Assembly (NCBI GenBank): GCA_964355175.1
Contig: CAYHBZ010000001.1
Span: 64,445-128,444 of the forward strand
Length of the DNA: 64,000 bases
Origin: an uncultured Gammaproteobacteria bacterium
Lineage (GTDB): Bacteria; Patescibacteriota; Patescibacteriia; Magasanikbacterales; GWA2-37-8
Direction: 5' to 3'
A program made the translations under genes and the position numbers. Every line of letters begins with the position of its first letter. Within the stretch, counting starts at the first letter, position 1. The notes beneath the pieces were generated by a model, which saw only the letters and a list, made by a program, of their open reading frames with translations, was not told where the DNA came from and ran no database searches. Positions 17,935 through 29,606 of the stretch are shown one piece after another.

Positions 17935-19443
17935 ATGAAAAACCACGAAAACTATTATCTCACCACCACTTTACCATATGTAAACGCTGATCCACATATT
18001 GGATTTGCTTTGGAAATTATTCAGGCCGATGTTTTGGCTCGTTATCATAGTTTACTTGGTAAAAAAGTAGTATTTAATACCGGTACCGATGAGCATGGAC
18101 TCAAAATTTACCGCAAAGCTCTAGAAAATAACCAAACTCCACAAGCTTATTGCGATGAATATGCAGCCAAATTTGACGCGCTCAAACAATCTTTAAATTT
18201 GAGTTACACCAATTTTATTCGCACTACCGACGCGCACCACATTGCCGCCGCGCAAGAATTTTGGCTCCGCTGTGAAAAAAATGGAGATATTTATAAAAAA
18301 GATTACGAAGTAAAATACTGCGTGGGATGTGAATTGGAAAAAACTGATTCGGAATTGGTAGATGATAAATGTCCTGTGCATCCAAATTTAGAAATTGAAT
18401 TAATCAAAGAAGAAAATTATTTCTTCAAATTTTCCAATTATCAGCAGGCACTTTTGGATCTATATGAAAGCAATCCAAATTTTGTCGTACCACAAAATAG
18501 ACAGTTAGAAATAAAAAACTTTGTAAAAAAAGGTTTGGAAGATTTTAGCATTTCCCGTCTCAAAAGCAAAATGCCTTGGGGCGTGCCGGTACCAAATGAT
18601 CCTGATCAGGTAATGTATGTCTGGTTTGATGCTCTCATTAACTATATTTCCACCCTCGGTTGGCCTAAAAAAGGCTCAGATTTTGATTCGTTCTGGCCGG
18701 GCTATCAAGTGGCCGGCAAAGACAATCTGCGCCAACAGAGCGCCATGTGGCAAGCCATGCTGCTTTCTGCCAAGCTTCCAACTTCGGCTCAGATATTTAT
18801 CCACGGATTTATTACTTCCGGCGGACAAAAAATGAGCAAGAGTTTGGGCAATGTAGTGGAGCCTTTGAGTTTGGTAGAAAAATATGGCACCGATGCGCTC
18901 AGATTTTTCCTACTTTCCGGATTACCTTCCCAAGATGACGGTGATTTTACGATCGAGCGTTTTGAAGAAAATTATACTTCCAATTTGGTAAACGGAATAG
19001 GCAATCTTACTTCCAGAATTATCACAATGATTGAAAAATATTCAGAAAGCATAATTCCAGCCAAATCCGATGACTCTTTTGGATTTAACGATAAAGAATT
19101 TTGGTCAAATGGTTATAGTGAAAGTTTGGATGGATATAATTTTGATCATGCCACCAAAAATATTATTGCCCAAGTAGTAAAATGCGATAAAATTATTTCC
19201 GAAACCAAGCCGTGGGAAAAAGCCAAAGCCGGCGAAGATATTTCCGGATTACTCTATCAGTTAGCAGAGGGTCTGCGTCATATAGCAATTGCACTCTTAC
19301 CAATCATCCCACAAACCGCTGAAAAAATTCTCACCCAGCTCGGCCAAGAAGTTCCGTCTGCATACGGCGATCTAATAAAATGGGGCAGTCTAAAACCAGG
19401 AACAAAAATAAACAAAGGGGAGATTTTATTCCCTAGACTTTAA
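17935..19443 (+). CDS. metG: methionyl-tRNA synthetase (short form)
   Basis: class I HIGH (ADPHIGF) and KMSKS (KMSKSLGN); zinc knuckle CVGCELE...CPVH. Confidence 0.85.
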   Translation: MKNHENYYLTTTLPYVNADPHIGFALEIIQADVLARYHSLLGKKVVFNTGTDEHGLKIYRKALENNQTPQAYCDEYAAKFDALKQSLNLSYTNFIRTTDAHHIAAAQEFWLRCEKNGDIYKKDYEVKYCVGCELEKTDSELVDDKCPVHPNLEIELIKEENYFFKFSNYQQALLDLYESNPNFVVPQNRQLEIKNFVKKGLEDFSISRLKSKMPWGVPVPNDPDQVMYVWFDALINYISTLGWPKKGSDFDSFWPGYQVAGKDNLRQQSAMWQAMLLSAKLPTSAQIFIHGFITSGGQKMSKSLGNVVEPLSLVEKYGTDALRFFLLSGLPSQDDGDFTIERFEENYTSNLVNGIGNLTSRIITMIEKYSESIIPAKSDDSFGFNDKEFWSNGYSESLDGYNFDHATKNIIAQVVKCDKIISETKPWEKAKAGEDISGLLYQLAEGLRHIAIALLPIIPQTAEKILTQLGQEVPSAYGDLIKWGSLKPGTKINKGEILFPRL

Positions 19444-19450
19444 TTTAAAT

Positions 19451-19981
19451 ATGCCTTTATCATATTTTGATCTAGTTCTATTAATCATAATAGCGGCTTT
19501 TGGTTTTTTTGGTTTATGGTTTGGATTGGTACATACGCTCGGATCGCTGGTCGGCACTGTTGTCGGTGCTTATTTGGCCGCCGTATATTATGAACCAGTT
19601 GCTAGTTGGCTCATCAAAACTACTGGTTGGGGTGAAAATTTTTCTAAAGTTTTAATTTTTGTTATCGTTTTCTTCATCATCAATCGTTTGGTTGGTTTGG
19701 TTTTTTGGATCGTAGATAAACTTCTGAGTTTCTTTACCCATCTTCCGTTTGTAAACAGTATCGATCGCATCTTTGGCATGGCCTTTGGTTTGCTTGAGGG
19801 CGCGATTATGCTTGGGCTTATTTTTTACTTTATTGGTAAATTTCCAGTTGGCATCAACTTTATGACCTGGATTACCGAATCAAAAGTAGTGCCGCAATTG
19901 GTAAAAATTGCTTCAATCCTAATACCTTTATTACCAATGGCTTTAAAAACTGTTCAAACCGCGATTCCGTCTTTAAAATAA
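19451..19981 (+). CDS. CvpA-family membrane protein
   Basis: 4-TM small protein with CvpA-like N-terminus (DLVLLIIIAAFGFFGLWFGLV). Confidence 0.45.
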   Translation: MPLSYFDLVLLIIIAAFGFFGLWFGLVHTLGSLVGTVVGAYLAAVYYEPVASWLIKTTGWGENFSKVLIFVIVFFIINRLVGLVFWIVDKLLSFFTHLPFVNSIDRIFGMAFGLLEGAIMLGLIFYFIGKFPVGINFMTWITESKVVPQLVKIASILIPLLPMALKTVQTAIPSLK

Positions 19982-20003
19982 AAACTTTGCAAAAATTAAA
20001 ATT

Positions 20004-21854
20004 ATGAAAAAAACGCTTCTGGTTGGATCTTTGGCCACCATTGTTTTTATAGCCGGTTTTTTAATTTTTAAAAATAATAATTTTAACCCAAGCCCTGCCC
20101 AAGCTCAGCAAACCAGCTCACTAAATGTGGCAATCACCATACAAAGCGAAGTAAACGATAAACACATCGCACCGCTAGAACAAAATGCTTTTGATAATTT
20201 TTATAAAATTGCGACCCCTCCGACAGATATTGGTACCGTAAAAGGCGGGGTAGTCCCGCACCATTTATTGGCGGGACAGTTACCAGCCGCGTTTTTTAGC
20301 TATCTGGAAAAACAAAAACCTTCTACCATTATTTTATTTGGACCAAATCATTTTTCTACCGGCAAAGGCAAATTTATTGCCAGCGCCAGAGATTATAAAA
20401 CTCTGTACGGCACAGTAAAAACGGATAAAGATCTTTTGAATAAATTGGTGGCCGATAGTTTTATTACTATAGATGAAACAGCAACACAAGACGAACACGC
20501 GGTATTTAATATAATGCCGTTTATCGCGAAATCTTTACCAAACACCAAAATAGTTTCGTTTATGATCCGCGGCGGGATGGATTATGAGAGCCTAAATAAA
20601 TTAACAGAAGAGTTAAAAAATAATTTACCAAGCGACGCAGTCATTGTCGCTTCGGTAGATTTTTCTCACTATCAGACTTTGGCTTCCTCCAATTTTCATG
20701 ACGAAATTACTATTCCGGTTTTGAAAAGTTTTGATTATGATCGCTACAAACAATTGGAAGTAGATTCATACCCAAGTCTTTATTTGCTTTCCAAACTCAT
20801 GGAAAAATACGGCACTCAGAAAATTGGCTATGAACTTCATACTAACGCCGCGGAATTGCTCAAAAATTTAGCCTTAAGCTCCGGTACGAGCCACTACAGT
20901 CCTTACTATATAAAAGGGGAGCCGACCCAAATTAAAACCGCTGGAATTTTAAACTTCGGCGATCTAATGCTAGATAGAAATGTAAAAAAACAAATCGATA
21001 AAAATGGACCAGACTATCCCTTTAAAAAATTGGCTGGCGAAGAAAATAGATTCTTTATGGGCATGGATGCCGTGACCGCGAATTTGGAAGGTAGTTTTGC
21101 CAACAAACGCCGCACTACCAGCAAATCTATTGCTTTCCGTTTTGACCCGGCCCTTATTCCTACTTTAAAAAAATATAATTTTAATCTTTTTACTTTAGCC
21201 AACAACCACAGCACCGACATGAGCGTAGATGGTTTCAAAGAAGGCCAGGCCAACCTCAAAAAAGCCGGGATTAGTTTTTATGGTCAACAATACAAACTAA
21301 ACGATGAAAATTTATTGGTAAAACAAATCGGTAATTTTAAATTTGGTTTGATTGGGCTCGACGATACTATTAATAAAGTAAATACTCTGAAAGTAAAAGA
21401 TCTGATAAAGAAAGCCAAAGACCAGGGTGCTGAAATAATCATGGTAAATATTCACTGGGGCGACGAGTACAAAGAAATTTCGAACACTCGTCAGCGTCAG
21501 CTAGCGCACGCTCTGATTGATATGGGAGTAGATGTGATTGTCGGCCACCATCCGCATGTCGTAGAAGAAATGGAAATCTATAAAAATCATCCAATTTTCT
21601 ATTCGCTTGGTAATTTTGTCTTTGATCAATATTTTTCCGTCCCTACCCAACAAGAATTAGGAGTTGGCTTGGTCTTTAAAGAAGAAAACAATCGGAAATC
21701 CGTTTCTGTCTATGTCTTCCCGCTGGAAAGTGTGCTGAGCCAAATTCGACAAATGAATTATTATAAATCTCTTAAATATTTTGATGCTTGGAGCGCCAAA
21801 AGTCGTTTGGGTGATTATAAATTTAATAATTTCAATGTAAAAATTAATTTTTAA
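20004..21854 (+). CDS. fusion protein: MEMO1-like (AmmeMemoRadiSam system protein B-like) N-domain + CapA/PGA-cap-like metallophosphoesterase C-domain
   Basis: N-domain GGVVPHHLLAGQ...ILFGPNHF (Memo-like); C-domain ANNHSTDM...HWGDEY...GHHPHVV...YSLGNFVFDQ (CapA/calcineurin-like); signal/TM at N-terminus. Confidence 0.5.
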   Translation: MKKTLLVGSLATIVFIAGFLIFKNNNFNPSPAQAQQTSSLNVAITIQSEVNDKHIAPLEQNAFDNFYKIATPPTDIGTVKGGVVPHHLLAGQLPAAFFSYLEKQKPSTIILFGPNHFSTGKGKFIASARDYKTLYGTVKTDKDLLNKLVADSFITIDETATQDEHAVFNIMPFIAKSLPNTKIVSFMIRGGMDYESLNKLTEELKNNLPSDAVIVASVDFSHYQTLASSNFHDEITIPVLKSFDYDRYKQLEVDSYPSLYLLSKLMEKYGTQKIGYELHTNAAELLKNLALSSGTSHYSPYYIKGEPTQIKTAGILNFGDLMLDRNVKKQIDKNGPDYPFKKLAGEENRFFMGMDAVTANLEGSFANKRRTTSKSIAFRFDPALIPTLKKYNFNLFTLANNHSTDMSVDGFKEGQANLKKAGISFYGQQYKLNDENLLVKQIGNFKFGLIGLDDTINKVNTLKVKDLIKKAKDQGAEIIMVNIHWGDEYKEISNTRQRQLAHALIDMGVDVIVGHHPHVVEEMEIYKNHPIFYSLGNFVFDQYFSVPTQQELGVGLVFKEENNRKSVSVYVFPLESVLSQIRQMNYYKSLKYFDAWSAKSRLGDYKFNNFNVKINF

Positions 21855-21855
21855 T

Positions 21856-23610
21856 ATGAACAGAAATAAAATAATTTTATTATCAGTGACACTTTTTGTG
21901 GTCTTGAGCGGACTAGCGATTTTTAGTTTATTAAATTTAAAAACCACAAAACAAGCACCCACTAATGAAGTAAAGCAGGAAGAGGCGGCAACCACCACTC
22001 AGACAAACCAAAATCCAACTGAAAGCACAGATACACCCGGATATGTAAATGGAGTTTTTAGTCCCACCAGCACACTGCTGATAGGTGAAGACATGTCTAG
22101 TTCGTCTGTAAAATATACCGACTTGCCAAAAGATTTATTTGTGCAAAATTTCTCTTGGCAAAAACCGGAAGAAATTCCTAAACTCGGCTTAGTTGTAAAT
22201 CAATTTTCCGAATGTGATGGTCCGGGCTGTAATTATTTCTCCGAAAAAGATTCTCTATATTACCGCGTTGCTACTTTTTCTTACCAAGGAAAAATTGGAG
22301 AAATTGTATTACTACCTCTAAACCACAGTTCCTTTTCCGGCTATAATTTTGGCGAATATTATTTTGTTAATTTAAACGGAAATTTAGTTTTACTCTGGAA
22401 AAACAGTACGGGCTTGAACGATGTTGACGGTTTAAATAAAATAAAATTCTTAGTTGATAAAAATTTATCATTACCAAAAAATACCATCTTACCTAAAGAA
22501 TTAAATATAACCGGGAAACAAAAATTATATTTAGAAGGCGAAGCTGACACGTCGCTATTCCTTGGCGATCTCCAGATAGGCGGCATCAAAAGAGAAAAAG
22601 TTGCTTACTTTGAGAATAAAGACATCTGGAATTGTGGTGACTTCTTCGTAACTTTTACCAACAATATCGAAGGTGTACAGCCAATAAAATATAATATCAA
22701 ATTACCAAAAATATTTAATTTGATTAATGGCCAAAAAGAAAATGTGGCCGATTATGATTCTACACGCAACACCGGCTGTGGCGGACGCAGTGGGGTAAAT
22801 GTATTAACAGAAGTAAACGAAAATAATTTAGAAAAAATTGGAACGGCCGATGACGGTAACATTATCTTTAGATATAAAAATGACGACTATACTGAATCAT
22901 ACAAAAATTATATTGGCTATTTGGAAGCTACAGGATCTTCCTCCAGTATTATTACTTATGAAAAATTCGTCGCGGAAAATCCTTTTATAATGATGAAGGA
23001 TGGTTTCGGACGCTACATTGGATTTCAAAAAAGTAAATTTTTTGTTTCCCTAGCCGAATGCGGCAAACCGGTAATTTACCTTTACCCAAAAACCGAAACC
23101 AAAGTAAATGTCCAAGTAAAACCAAACGGCGGTCTGACGAAGGTAGATCCTTTTTATCCAACCGACGGCTGGCTAGTGAGTGCCAAACCAAACGGCGAAC
23201 TCACCAATCTCTCCGACAGACAACAATACCCATATCTTTTCTGGGAAGGCAAAGCTTACGATATGAAAGTGCCAACCGACGGTTTTGTTTTGAGAAAAGC
23301 CAATGTCAAAAATGACATGACAAAATTATTAGCCAGACTTGGCCTCAATGAAAAAGAGGCCGCCGATTTCCTAGAATTTTGGCAGGTTAAATTGGAAGAA
23401 AAACCATATGTCTTTGTCACTTTTGTTTCCCAAACAGATTTTGATAAAGTCGCGCCATTAAATATTTCTCCTCGTCCAGATAAAGTGATTCGCGTGTTTA
23501 TGGATTACCAGCCACTCGACTTGCCAATCATTGTTCGTCCATTAAAAATAGAAACTCCTGTCCGCACCGGTTTTACCGTAGTAGAATGGGGTGGCAGATT
23601 ACATCAATAA
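21856..23610 (+). CDS. large hypothetical exported/membrane-anchored protein
   Basis: N-terminal TM/signal anchor, Thr/Gln-rich linker, no recognisable catalytic motif; start abuts the upstream gene. Confidence 0.4.
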   Translation: MNRNKIILLSVTLFVVLSGLAIFSLLNLKTTKQAPTNEVKQEEAATTTQTNQNPTESTDTPGYVNGVFSPTSTLLIGEDMSSSSVKYTDLPKDLFVQNFSWQKPEEIPKLGLVVNQFSECDGPGCNYFSEKDSLYYRVATFSYQGKIGEIVLLPLNHSSFSGYNFGEYYFVNLNGNLVLLWKNSTGLNDVDGLNKIKFLVDKNLSLPKNTILPKELNITGKQKLYLEGEADTSLFLGDLQIGGIKREKVAYFENKDIWNCGDFFVTFTNNIEGVQPIKYNIKLPKIFNLINGQKENVADYDSTRNTGCGGRSGVNVLTEVNENNLEKIGTADDGNIIFRYKNDDYTESYKNYIGYLEATGSSSSIITYEKFVAENPFIMMKDGFGRYIGFQKSKFFVSLAECGKPVIYLYPKTETKVNVQVKPNGGLTKVDPFYPTDGWLVSAKPNGELTNLSDRQQYPYLFWEGKAYDMKVPTDGFVLRKANVKNDMTKLLARLGLNEKEAADFLEFWQVKLEEKPYVFVTFVSQTDFDKVAPLNISPRPDKVIRVFMDYQPLDLPIIVRPLKIETPVRTGFTVVEWGGRLHQ

Positions 23611-23613
23611 TTT

Positions 23614-24456
23614 ATGATTGATACCCACTGTCATGTACAATTCAAAGCGTTCAACGCCGATTATGATGCCATCATAAAAAAATGTTTGGCGCAGGGAATG
23701 ACACTTAATTTGGTAAGTACTCAGAGAGATACTAGCGCCAACGCCGTAGAGACCGCGCAGAAATACGATAATGTCTACGCGACTATTGGTCTGCACCCAG
23801 TACATACCTTTGAAACTTTTGTCGATGAAAAAGAAGGCGGCACATTTACTTCGCGTGCTGAAACTTTTGATTATGAGTATTACAAAAATTTAGCGCAAAA
23901 TAAAAAAGTGGTCGGCATAGGGGAGTGCGGCCTGGAACTTTTTCATTTCCCGGAAGGCTATACAAAAGAAGAAGTATTGGCACGACAAAAAGAAGCTTTT
24001 CTTTTACAATACAAACTCGCGCAAGAAATGAACCTGGCCATGTCGATCCATGTCCGCGAAGCCCACGATGAAATGATTGAGATTTTAAAAACATTACCAC
24101 ACCCAATTAGGGCTGTCGTACATTGTTTCACTTCCAATTGGAAACACGCCCAAGAATATTTAAACATGGGAATGTATTTGGGCTTTACCGGCGTCATCAC
24201 CTTTCCACCAAAAAAATCTAATCCACAAATTCAATTGGATTTATTGGAAGTAGTAAAAAATATTCCAGTCGATCGCATGGTAATCGAAACCGACGCACCA
24301 TACTTGGCACCAAACGCCTACAGAGGACAAAGATGCGAACCGTGGATGGTAGTAGAAGTAAATAAAAAAATTGCTGAGGTAAAAAATATGGGATTAGAAG
24401 AGGTGGCTGAATACACACACAATAATGCCGCTAAGCTATTTAATATTCCTCTATAA
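23614..24456 (+). CDS. TatD-family metal-dependent hydrolase (DNase)
   Basis: MIDTHCHVQF N-terminal HxH motif and TIM-barrel metal ligands (GECGLE, HCF, ETDAPY). Confidence 0.8.
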   Translation: MIDTHCHVQFKAFNADYDAIIKKCLAQGMTLNLVSTQRDTSANAVETAQKYDNVYATIGLHPVHTFETFVDEKEGGTFTSRAETFDYEYYKNLAQNKKVVGIGECGLELFHFPEGYTKEEVLARQKEAFLLQYKLAQEMNLAMSIHVREAHDEMIEILKTLPHPIRAVVHCFTSNWKHAQEYLNMGMYLGFTGVITFPPKKSNPQIQLDLLEVVKNIPVDRMVIETDAPYLAPNAYRGQRCEPWMVVEVNKKIAEVKNMGLEEVAEYTHNNAAKLFNIPL

Positions 24457-24464
24457 AGGAACAA

Positions 24465-24561
24465 GGGCGGCAAAGGTATCTCCTGAACGGCTTATGAGCC
24501 CACAGGCGAGCTGCCTGAGGCCTCACGGCCGAAGAAAGTGAAGGAGTTACCTTTGCCGCCC
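24465..24561 (+). other. GC-rich ~97-nt structured element (closing stem ~18 bp plus internal hairpins), candidate small RNA or protein-binding site
   Basis: GGGCGGCAAAGGUAUCUCC pairs with GGAGUUACCUUUGCCGCCC; internal CAGGC/GCCUG and UGAGGCCUCA palindromes; lies between the tatD stop and the atp promoter; no U-tract. Confidence 0.3.
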
Positions 24562-24613
24562 GTCCACCATGCAGGATAGCCGTAAACTTTATCCCCAAAA
24601 TTTTAAACCAGAC

Positions 24614-24642
24614 TTGACCAAACCCCCAAAATTTAGTAAAAT
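24614..24642 (+). promoter_or_regulatory. sigma70-like promoter TTGACC-17-TAAAAT for the atp operon
   Basis: good hexamers with 17-nt spacer ~18 nt upstream of the atpZ-like ATG. Confidence 0.5.
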
Positions 24643-24659
24643 AATGCCGTTCACAATTT

Positions 24660-24929
24660 ATGTCAGAAAACCGCGAACTTAAGCCAAAAAACATCGAAAG
24701 GAAGTACTACCTTTTTGCCTTTAAGATCATTGGTGATTTTGGAGCCACGATAGCCGTGCCGGTAGTTATTTCCGCTATAGTTGGCCAAAAATTAGATGAT
24801 ATTTGGCACACCAGACCACTTATGCTCGTGATATTTATGGTCATTTCGGCCATATTAAGCGGGTATCTGATCTATAAAAAATCAAAGATTTACGGCCAAG
24901 AATTTCAGGACCTGGATAAAAAACAATAA
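24660..24929 (+). CDS. AtpZ/AtpI-like small membrane protein (ATP synthase protein I)
   Basis: 2-TM 89-aa protein first in the atp operon. Confidence 0.45.
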   Translation: MSENRELKPKNIERKYYLFAFKIIGDFGATIAVPVVISAIVGQKLDDIWHTRPLMLVIFMVISAILSGYLIYKKSKIYGQEFQDLDKKQ

Positions 24930-24935
24930 AAAATT

Positions 24936-25715
24936 ATGGAAATTCACATACCAACATTAGCGCCGGAAACTCTCTTCCATATTGGAAGCCTTCCAGTCAC
25001 CAACACCATGATCAATGTATGGTTGGCGATGGCTATATTTTTGGTAGTCGGAATTATCATCAAGAACCAACTTTCATTACGCCCTGGCAAATTTCAAAAT
25101 TTCTTTGAATACATTCTGGAAATGCTGATGGGTTATTTTGATCAAGTAACTGGAGACCGAAAAAAGACTTTGCGCTTTATGCCAATTGTCGGTACGGTCT
25201 TCTTTTTTATTTTACTTTCCAACTGGCTCGGACTTTTGCCTGGCACCGGCAGTATCACTTATAATCACGCTATGATCTTGCGTCCGGCCAACACCGATCT
25301 GAATCTTACTATCGCGATGGCACTAGTAGCGGTGGTTTCTTCCCATCTATTTGGTTTGTTTACTGTTGGTATTTTTACACATTTAAATAAGTTCATTCAA
25401 ATTGGCACCTTTTTTAAAAGTTTTAAAAAAGGTCCGGTTGGTGTTTTCACCGCCATCATTGAAATGGGTGTCGGTTTGATTGAAATTATTTCTGAAATGG
25501 CCAAGGTGTTATCATTGTCTTTGCGTTTATTTGGTAACATTTTTGCCGGCGAAGTTTTAATTTCAGTTATCAGCGGTTTGGTTAGCGCACTGGTGCCAGC
25601 ACCGTTTATGATGCTTGAACTTTTGGTCGGTTTAATTCAAGCAAGTGTATTTACGATGTTGACCCTGGTGTATCTCACCGTGATGACCGCTGCACCACAC
25701 GCAGACGAACATTAA
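24936..25715 (+). CDS. atpB: F0F1 ATP synthase subunit a
   Basis: LSLRLFGNIFAGEVL with essential Arg; 5-6 TM. Confidence 0.85.
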   Translation: MEIHIPTLAPETLFHIGSLPVTNTMINVWLAMAIFLVVGIIIKNQLSLRPGKFQNFFEYILEMLMGYFDQVTGDRKKTLRFMPIVGTVFFFILLSNWLGLLPGTGSITYNHAMILRPANTDLNLTIAMALVAVVSSHLFGLFTVGIFTHLNKFIQIGTFFKSFKKGPVGVFTAIIEMGVGLIEIISEMAKVLSLSLRLFGNIFAGEVLISVISGLVSALVPAPFMMLELLVGLIQASVFTMLTLVYLTVMTAAPHADEH

Positions 25716-25762
25716 TTATTTATTCATTGATATTTAAAAATAAATATCATAACACAAACATT

Positions 25763-25984
25763 ATGGATCACGAATCTATGTTGGTGATGGCCAAAGGTTT
25801 GACAATGGCTATCGGTGGTATGTTCCCAGCTTTGGCTATCGGCAAAATCGTAGCTACTGCCATGGAAGCGATCGGACGCAATCCAGAATCTGCTGGAAAA
25901 TCTTTCGTACCGATGTTGCTTGGTGCCGCTTTTGCGGAAGCTATTGCTATCTACTCTTTGGTAGTAGTATTCACATTGAAATAG
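25763..25984 (+). CDS. atpE: F0F1 ATP synthase subunit c
   Basis: hairpin proteolipid, GRNPE loop, conserved carboxylate helix 2; the ORF track starts at TTG 25727, ATG 25763 gives a typical 73-aa c subunit. Confidence 0.8.
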   Translation: MDHESMLVMAKGLTMAIGGMFPALAIGKIVATAMEAIGRNPESAGKSFVPMLLGAAFAEAIAIYSLVVVFTLK

Positions 25985-26012
25985 TTCAATCCGCCAGGTT
26001 ATTGCGCATACT

Positions 26013-26071
26013 GTCATCCCGAGCATGGCGAGGGATCTTACAAAAGATTCCTCACATTCGTTCGGAATGAC
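26013..26071. repeat. palindromic intergenic repeat, copy B (GTCATCCCGAGCA...TTCGGAATGAC)
   Basis: inverted repeat between atpE and atpF. Confidence 0.8.
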
Positions 26072-26119
26072 AAAGTAATAAAAATAATCTGGCCCATTTG
26101 AAAAATTTCTAAATATATT

Positions 26120-26689
26120 ATGACTTTTACTAATATCGCATACGCTTCTGAAACAGCTGAAAAAACTAACACTACCGAAGAAGGTGTTGCCAATGACAGT
26201 GTTTTGGCTAGTCTTGGGATTAATGGTACTTTGTTTGTAGCTCAATTGGTGAACTTTACTTTGGTTGCTCTAATTTTATGGTTCTTGATTCTAAAACCAC
26301 TTACCAAAAAAATGTCCGAACGCCAGAAAATGATTGATGACAGCATCGACAATGCCAAAAAAATTCAAGACAACCTCAACAAGAGCGAAAAAGAATATCA
26401 GACCCGTATTGATCAAGCTAAAGTAGAATCCAATAAACTTCTAGAAAAAGCCGCAAACGAATCCGAAGTGATGGTAGAAGAAGCCAAAACTAATGCCAAG
26501 ACTGAAATCGAACGCCTAGTATCACAAGCTCGCGACAGCATTAAAGCAGAAAAAGAAACTATGCAGGTGCAACTCAAAGAAGAAACTGCAAACTTTGTGG
26601 TTTTGGCACTCGAAAAAATCTTGGGTGAAAAAGTAAATGACACTTCTGACAAAAAATTAATTGATGAAGTTTTGAAAAAATTGAAATAA
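26120..26689 (+). CDS. atpF: F0F1 ATP synthase subunit b
   Basis: single N-terminal TM followed by a long charged helix. Confidence 0.75.
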   Translation: MTFTNIAYASETAEKTNTTEEGVANDSVLASLGINGTLFVAQLVNFTLVALILWFLILKPLTKKMSERQKMIDDSIDNAKKIQDNLNKSEKEYQTRIDQAKVESNKLLEKAANESEVMVEEAKTNAKTEIERLVSQARDSIKAEKETMQVQLKEETANFVVLALEKILGEKVNDTSDKKLIDEVLKKLK

Positions 26690-26710
26690 AATAGAAAATA
26701 AAGTTAAAGT

Positions 26711-27097
26711 ATGGCAAAAAATACGCCGAAAATTTACGCTGCTGCCTTATTGAAAAGTATTGTTGGATTATCTGATAAGAACTTGAGCACAACCCTAAAA
26801 AACTTTGTCGCTTTGGTAGCTCGCGAACACAAACTCAAACAGATGCCGAGAATTATCAATGAGTTTGTGCGCCTCGCCAAAAAAGAAGAGGGGATACAAG
26901 AGATAGAAATCCAGACGGCTAGAAAATTGGACGAAAAAACAATTGAAAAAATAAAACATATTTTCGGAAAAGATACAGAGGCCACGACTGAAATAGATGA
27001 AAGCCTACTCGGTGGAGTAAAGATAAAAACCGGTGATAAAATTCTCGACGGCAGCCTCAAAACCCAATTAAATAAATTAAAACAAACTCTAATCTAG
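26711..27097 (+). CDS. atpH: F0F1 ATP synthase subunit delta (short OSCP)
   Basis: C-terminal [26 protein letters not shown] signature; operon position. Confidence 0.7.
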   Translation: MAKNTPKIYAAALLKSIVGLSDKNLSTTLKNFVALVAREHKLKQMPRIINEFVRLAKKEEGIQEIEIQTARKLDEKTIEKIKHIFGKDTEATTEIDESLLGGVKIKTGDKILDGSLKTQLNKLKQTLI

Positions 27098-27101
27098 TAA
27101 T

Positions 27102-28592
<1,491 letters not shown>

Positions 28593-28597
28593 TAATT

Positions 28598-28645
28598 TGT
28601 CATCTTGAACGAAGTGAAAGATCTTTCGTTACACTCAAGATGACA
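28598..28645. repeat. palindromic intergenic repeat, copy C (shorter, TGTCATCTTGAACG...CTCAAGATGACA)
   Basis: near-perfect inverted repeat between atpA and atpG. Confidence 0.75.
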
Positions 28646-28655
28646 CTAAATAACT

Positions 28656-29597
28656 ATGGCCGTAAATACCAAAGTAATTAAACGCCGCATCAAATCCGTC
28701 TCTTCCACCAAGAAGATTACCAAAGCGATGGAAATGGTAGCGGCCGCCAAAATGCGCAAAGCGGTAGATACTGCCTTGCGTACCCGCACCTATGCCAAAT
28801 TGGCTTGGGATATTTTGGTAGATCTATCCAAAACAGCGGATGTAAAAATTCCATTACTGGAAGTACGCCCGGTAAAAAATGTTTTGGTAATTTTAGTTAC
28901 TTCCAACCGCGGCTTGTGCGGCAGTTTCAATTCCAATATTATTAAAAAAACTTCCATTCAATTAAAAAATCCAGATAACTTGGGTATACAGAATATTGAA
29001 GGAAAGATTTTAAAAACCGATAAAGTAAATATTGATGTACTCGGTATCGGCAAAAAGGGTGCGGAATTTGCTAAAAGAAATAATTATAATTTGGTCGCAT
29101 CTTTTAATACTTTTTCCGATACTCCAAGTCTAAATGATATTTTACCAATTAGTCAGATGGTAATAGATCAATACTCCAAGAAAAAATATGACAAAGTAGT
29201 GGTGGCTTATACCGCTTTCAAATCTGCCATTTCTCAAACTGCTAAATTAAAACAAGTATTACCAATTTCTCCGATTGATCTGGAAAGTATAATAGGGGAT
29301 GCTTCAGTAGAAAAAACTCTACTTGAAGAAGAAAAATCCGAAGACAGATTATTTGAACCAAATCCACAAGAAGTTTTAGAAACTATTTTACCACGCTTGG
29401 TAGAAACAGAATTACTACAAGCCACGCTAGAATCCAGCGCCTCCGAACACAGTGCTCGTATGATGGCCATGCGCAGTGCCTCTGATGCCGCATCTGATAT
29501 GATCTCTGAGCTGAACCTCAATTTCAATAAAGCCCGCCAAGCCGCCATCACGCAAGAAATTGCCGAGATTGCCGGTGGAGCCGCCGCTCTAGAATAA
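28656..29597 (+). CDS. atpG: F0F1 ATP synthase subunit gamma
   Basis: N-terminal IKRRIKSVSSTKKITKAMEMVAAAKMRKA and C-terminal ITQEIAEI. Confidence 0.9.
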   Translation: MAVNTKVIKRRIKSVSSTKKITKAMEMVAAAKMRKAVDTALRTRTYAKLAWDILVDLSKTADVKIPLLEVRPVKNVLVILVTSNRGLCGSFNSNIIKKTSIQLKNPDNLGIQNIEGKILKTDKVNIDVLGIGKKGAEFAKRNNYNLVASFNTFSDTPSLNDILPISQMVIDQYSKKKYDKVVVAYTAFKSAISQTAKLKQVLPISPIDLESIIGDASVEKTLLEEEKSEDRLFEPNPQEVLETILPRLVETELLQATLESSASEHSARMMAMRSASDAASDMISELNLNFNKARQAAITQEIAEIAGGAAALE

Positions 29598-29606
29598 TTA
29601 ATAACT

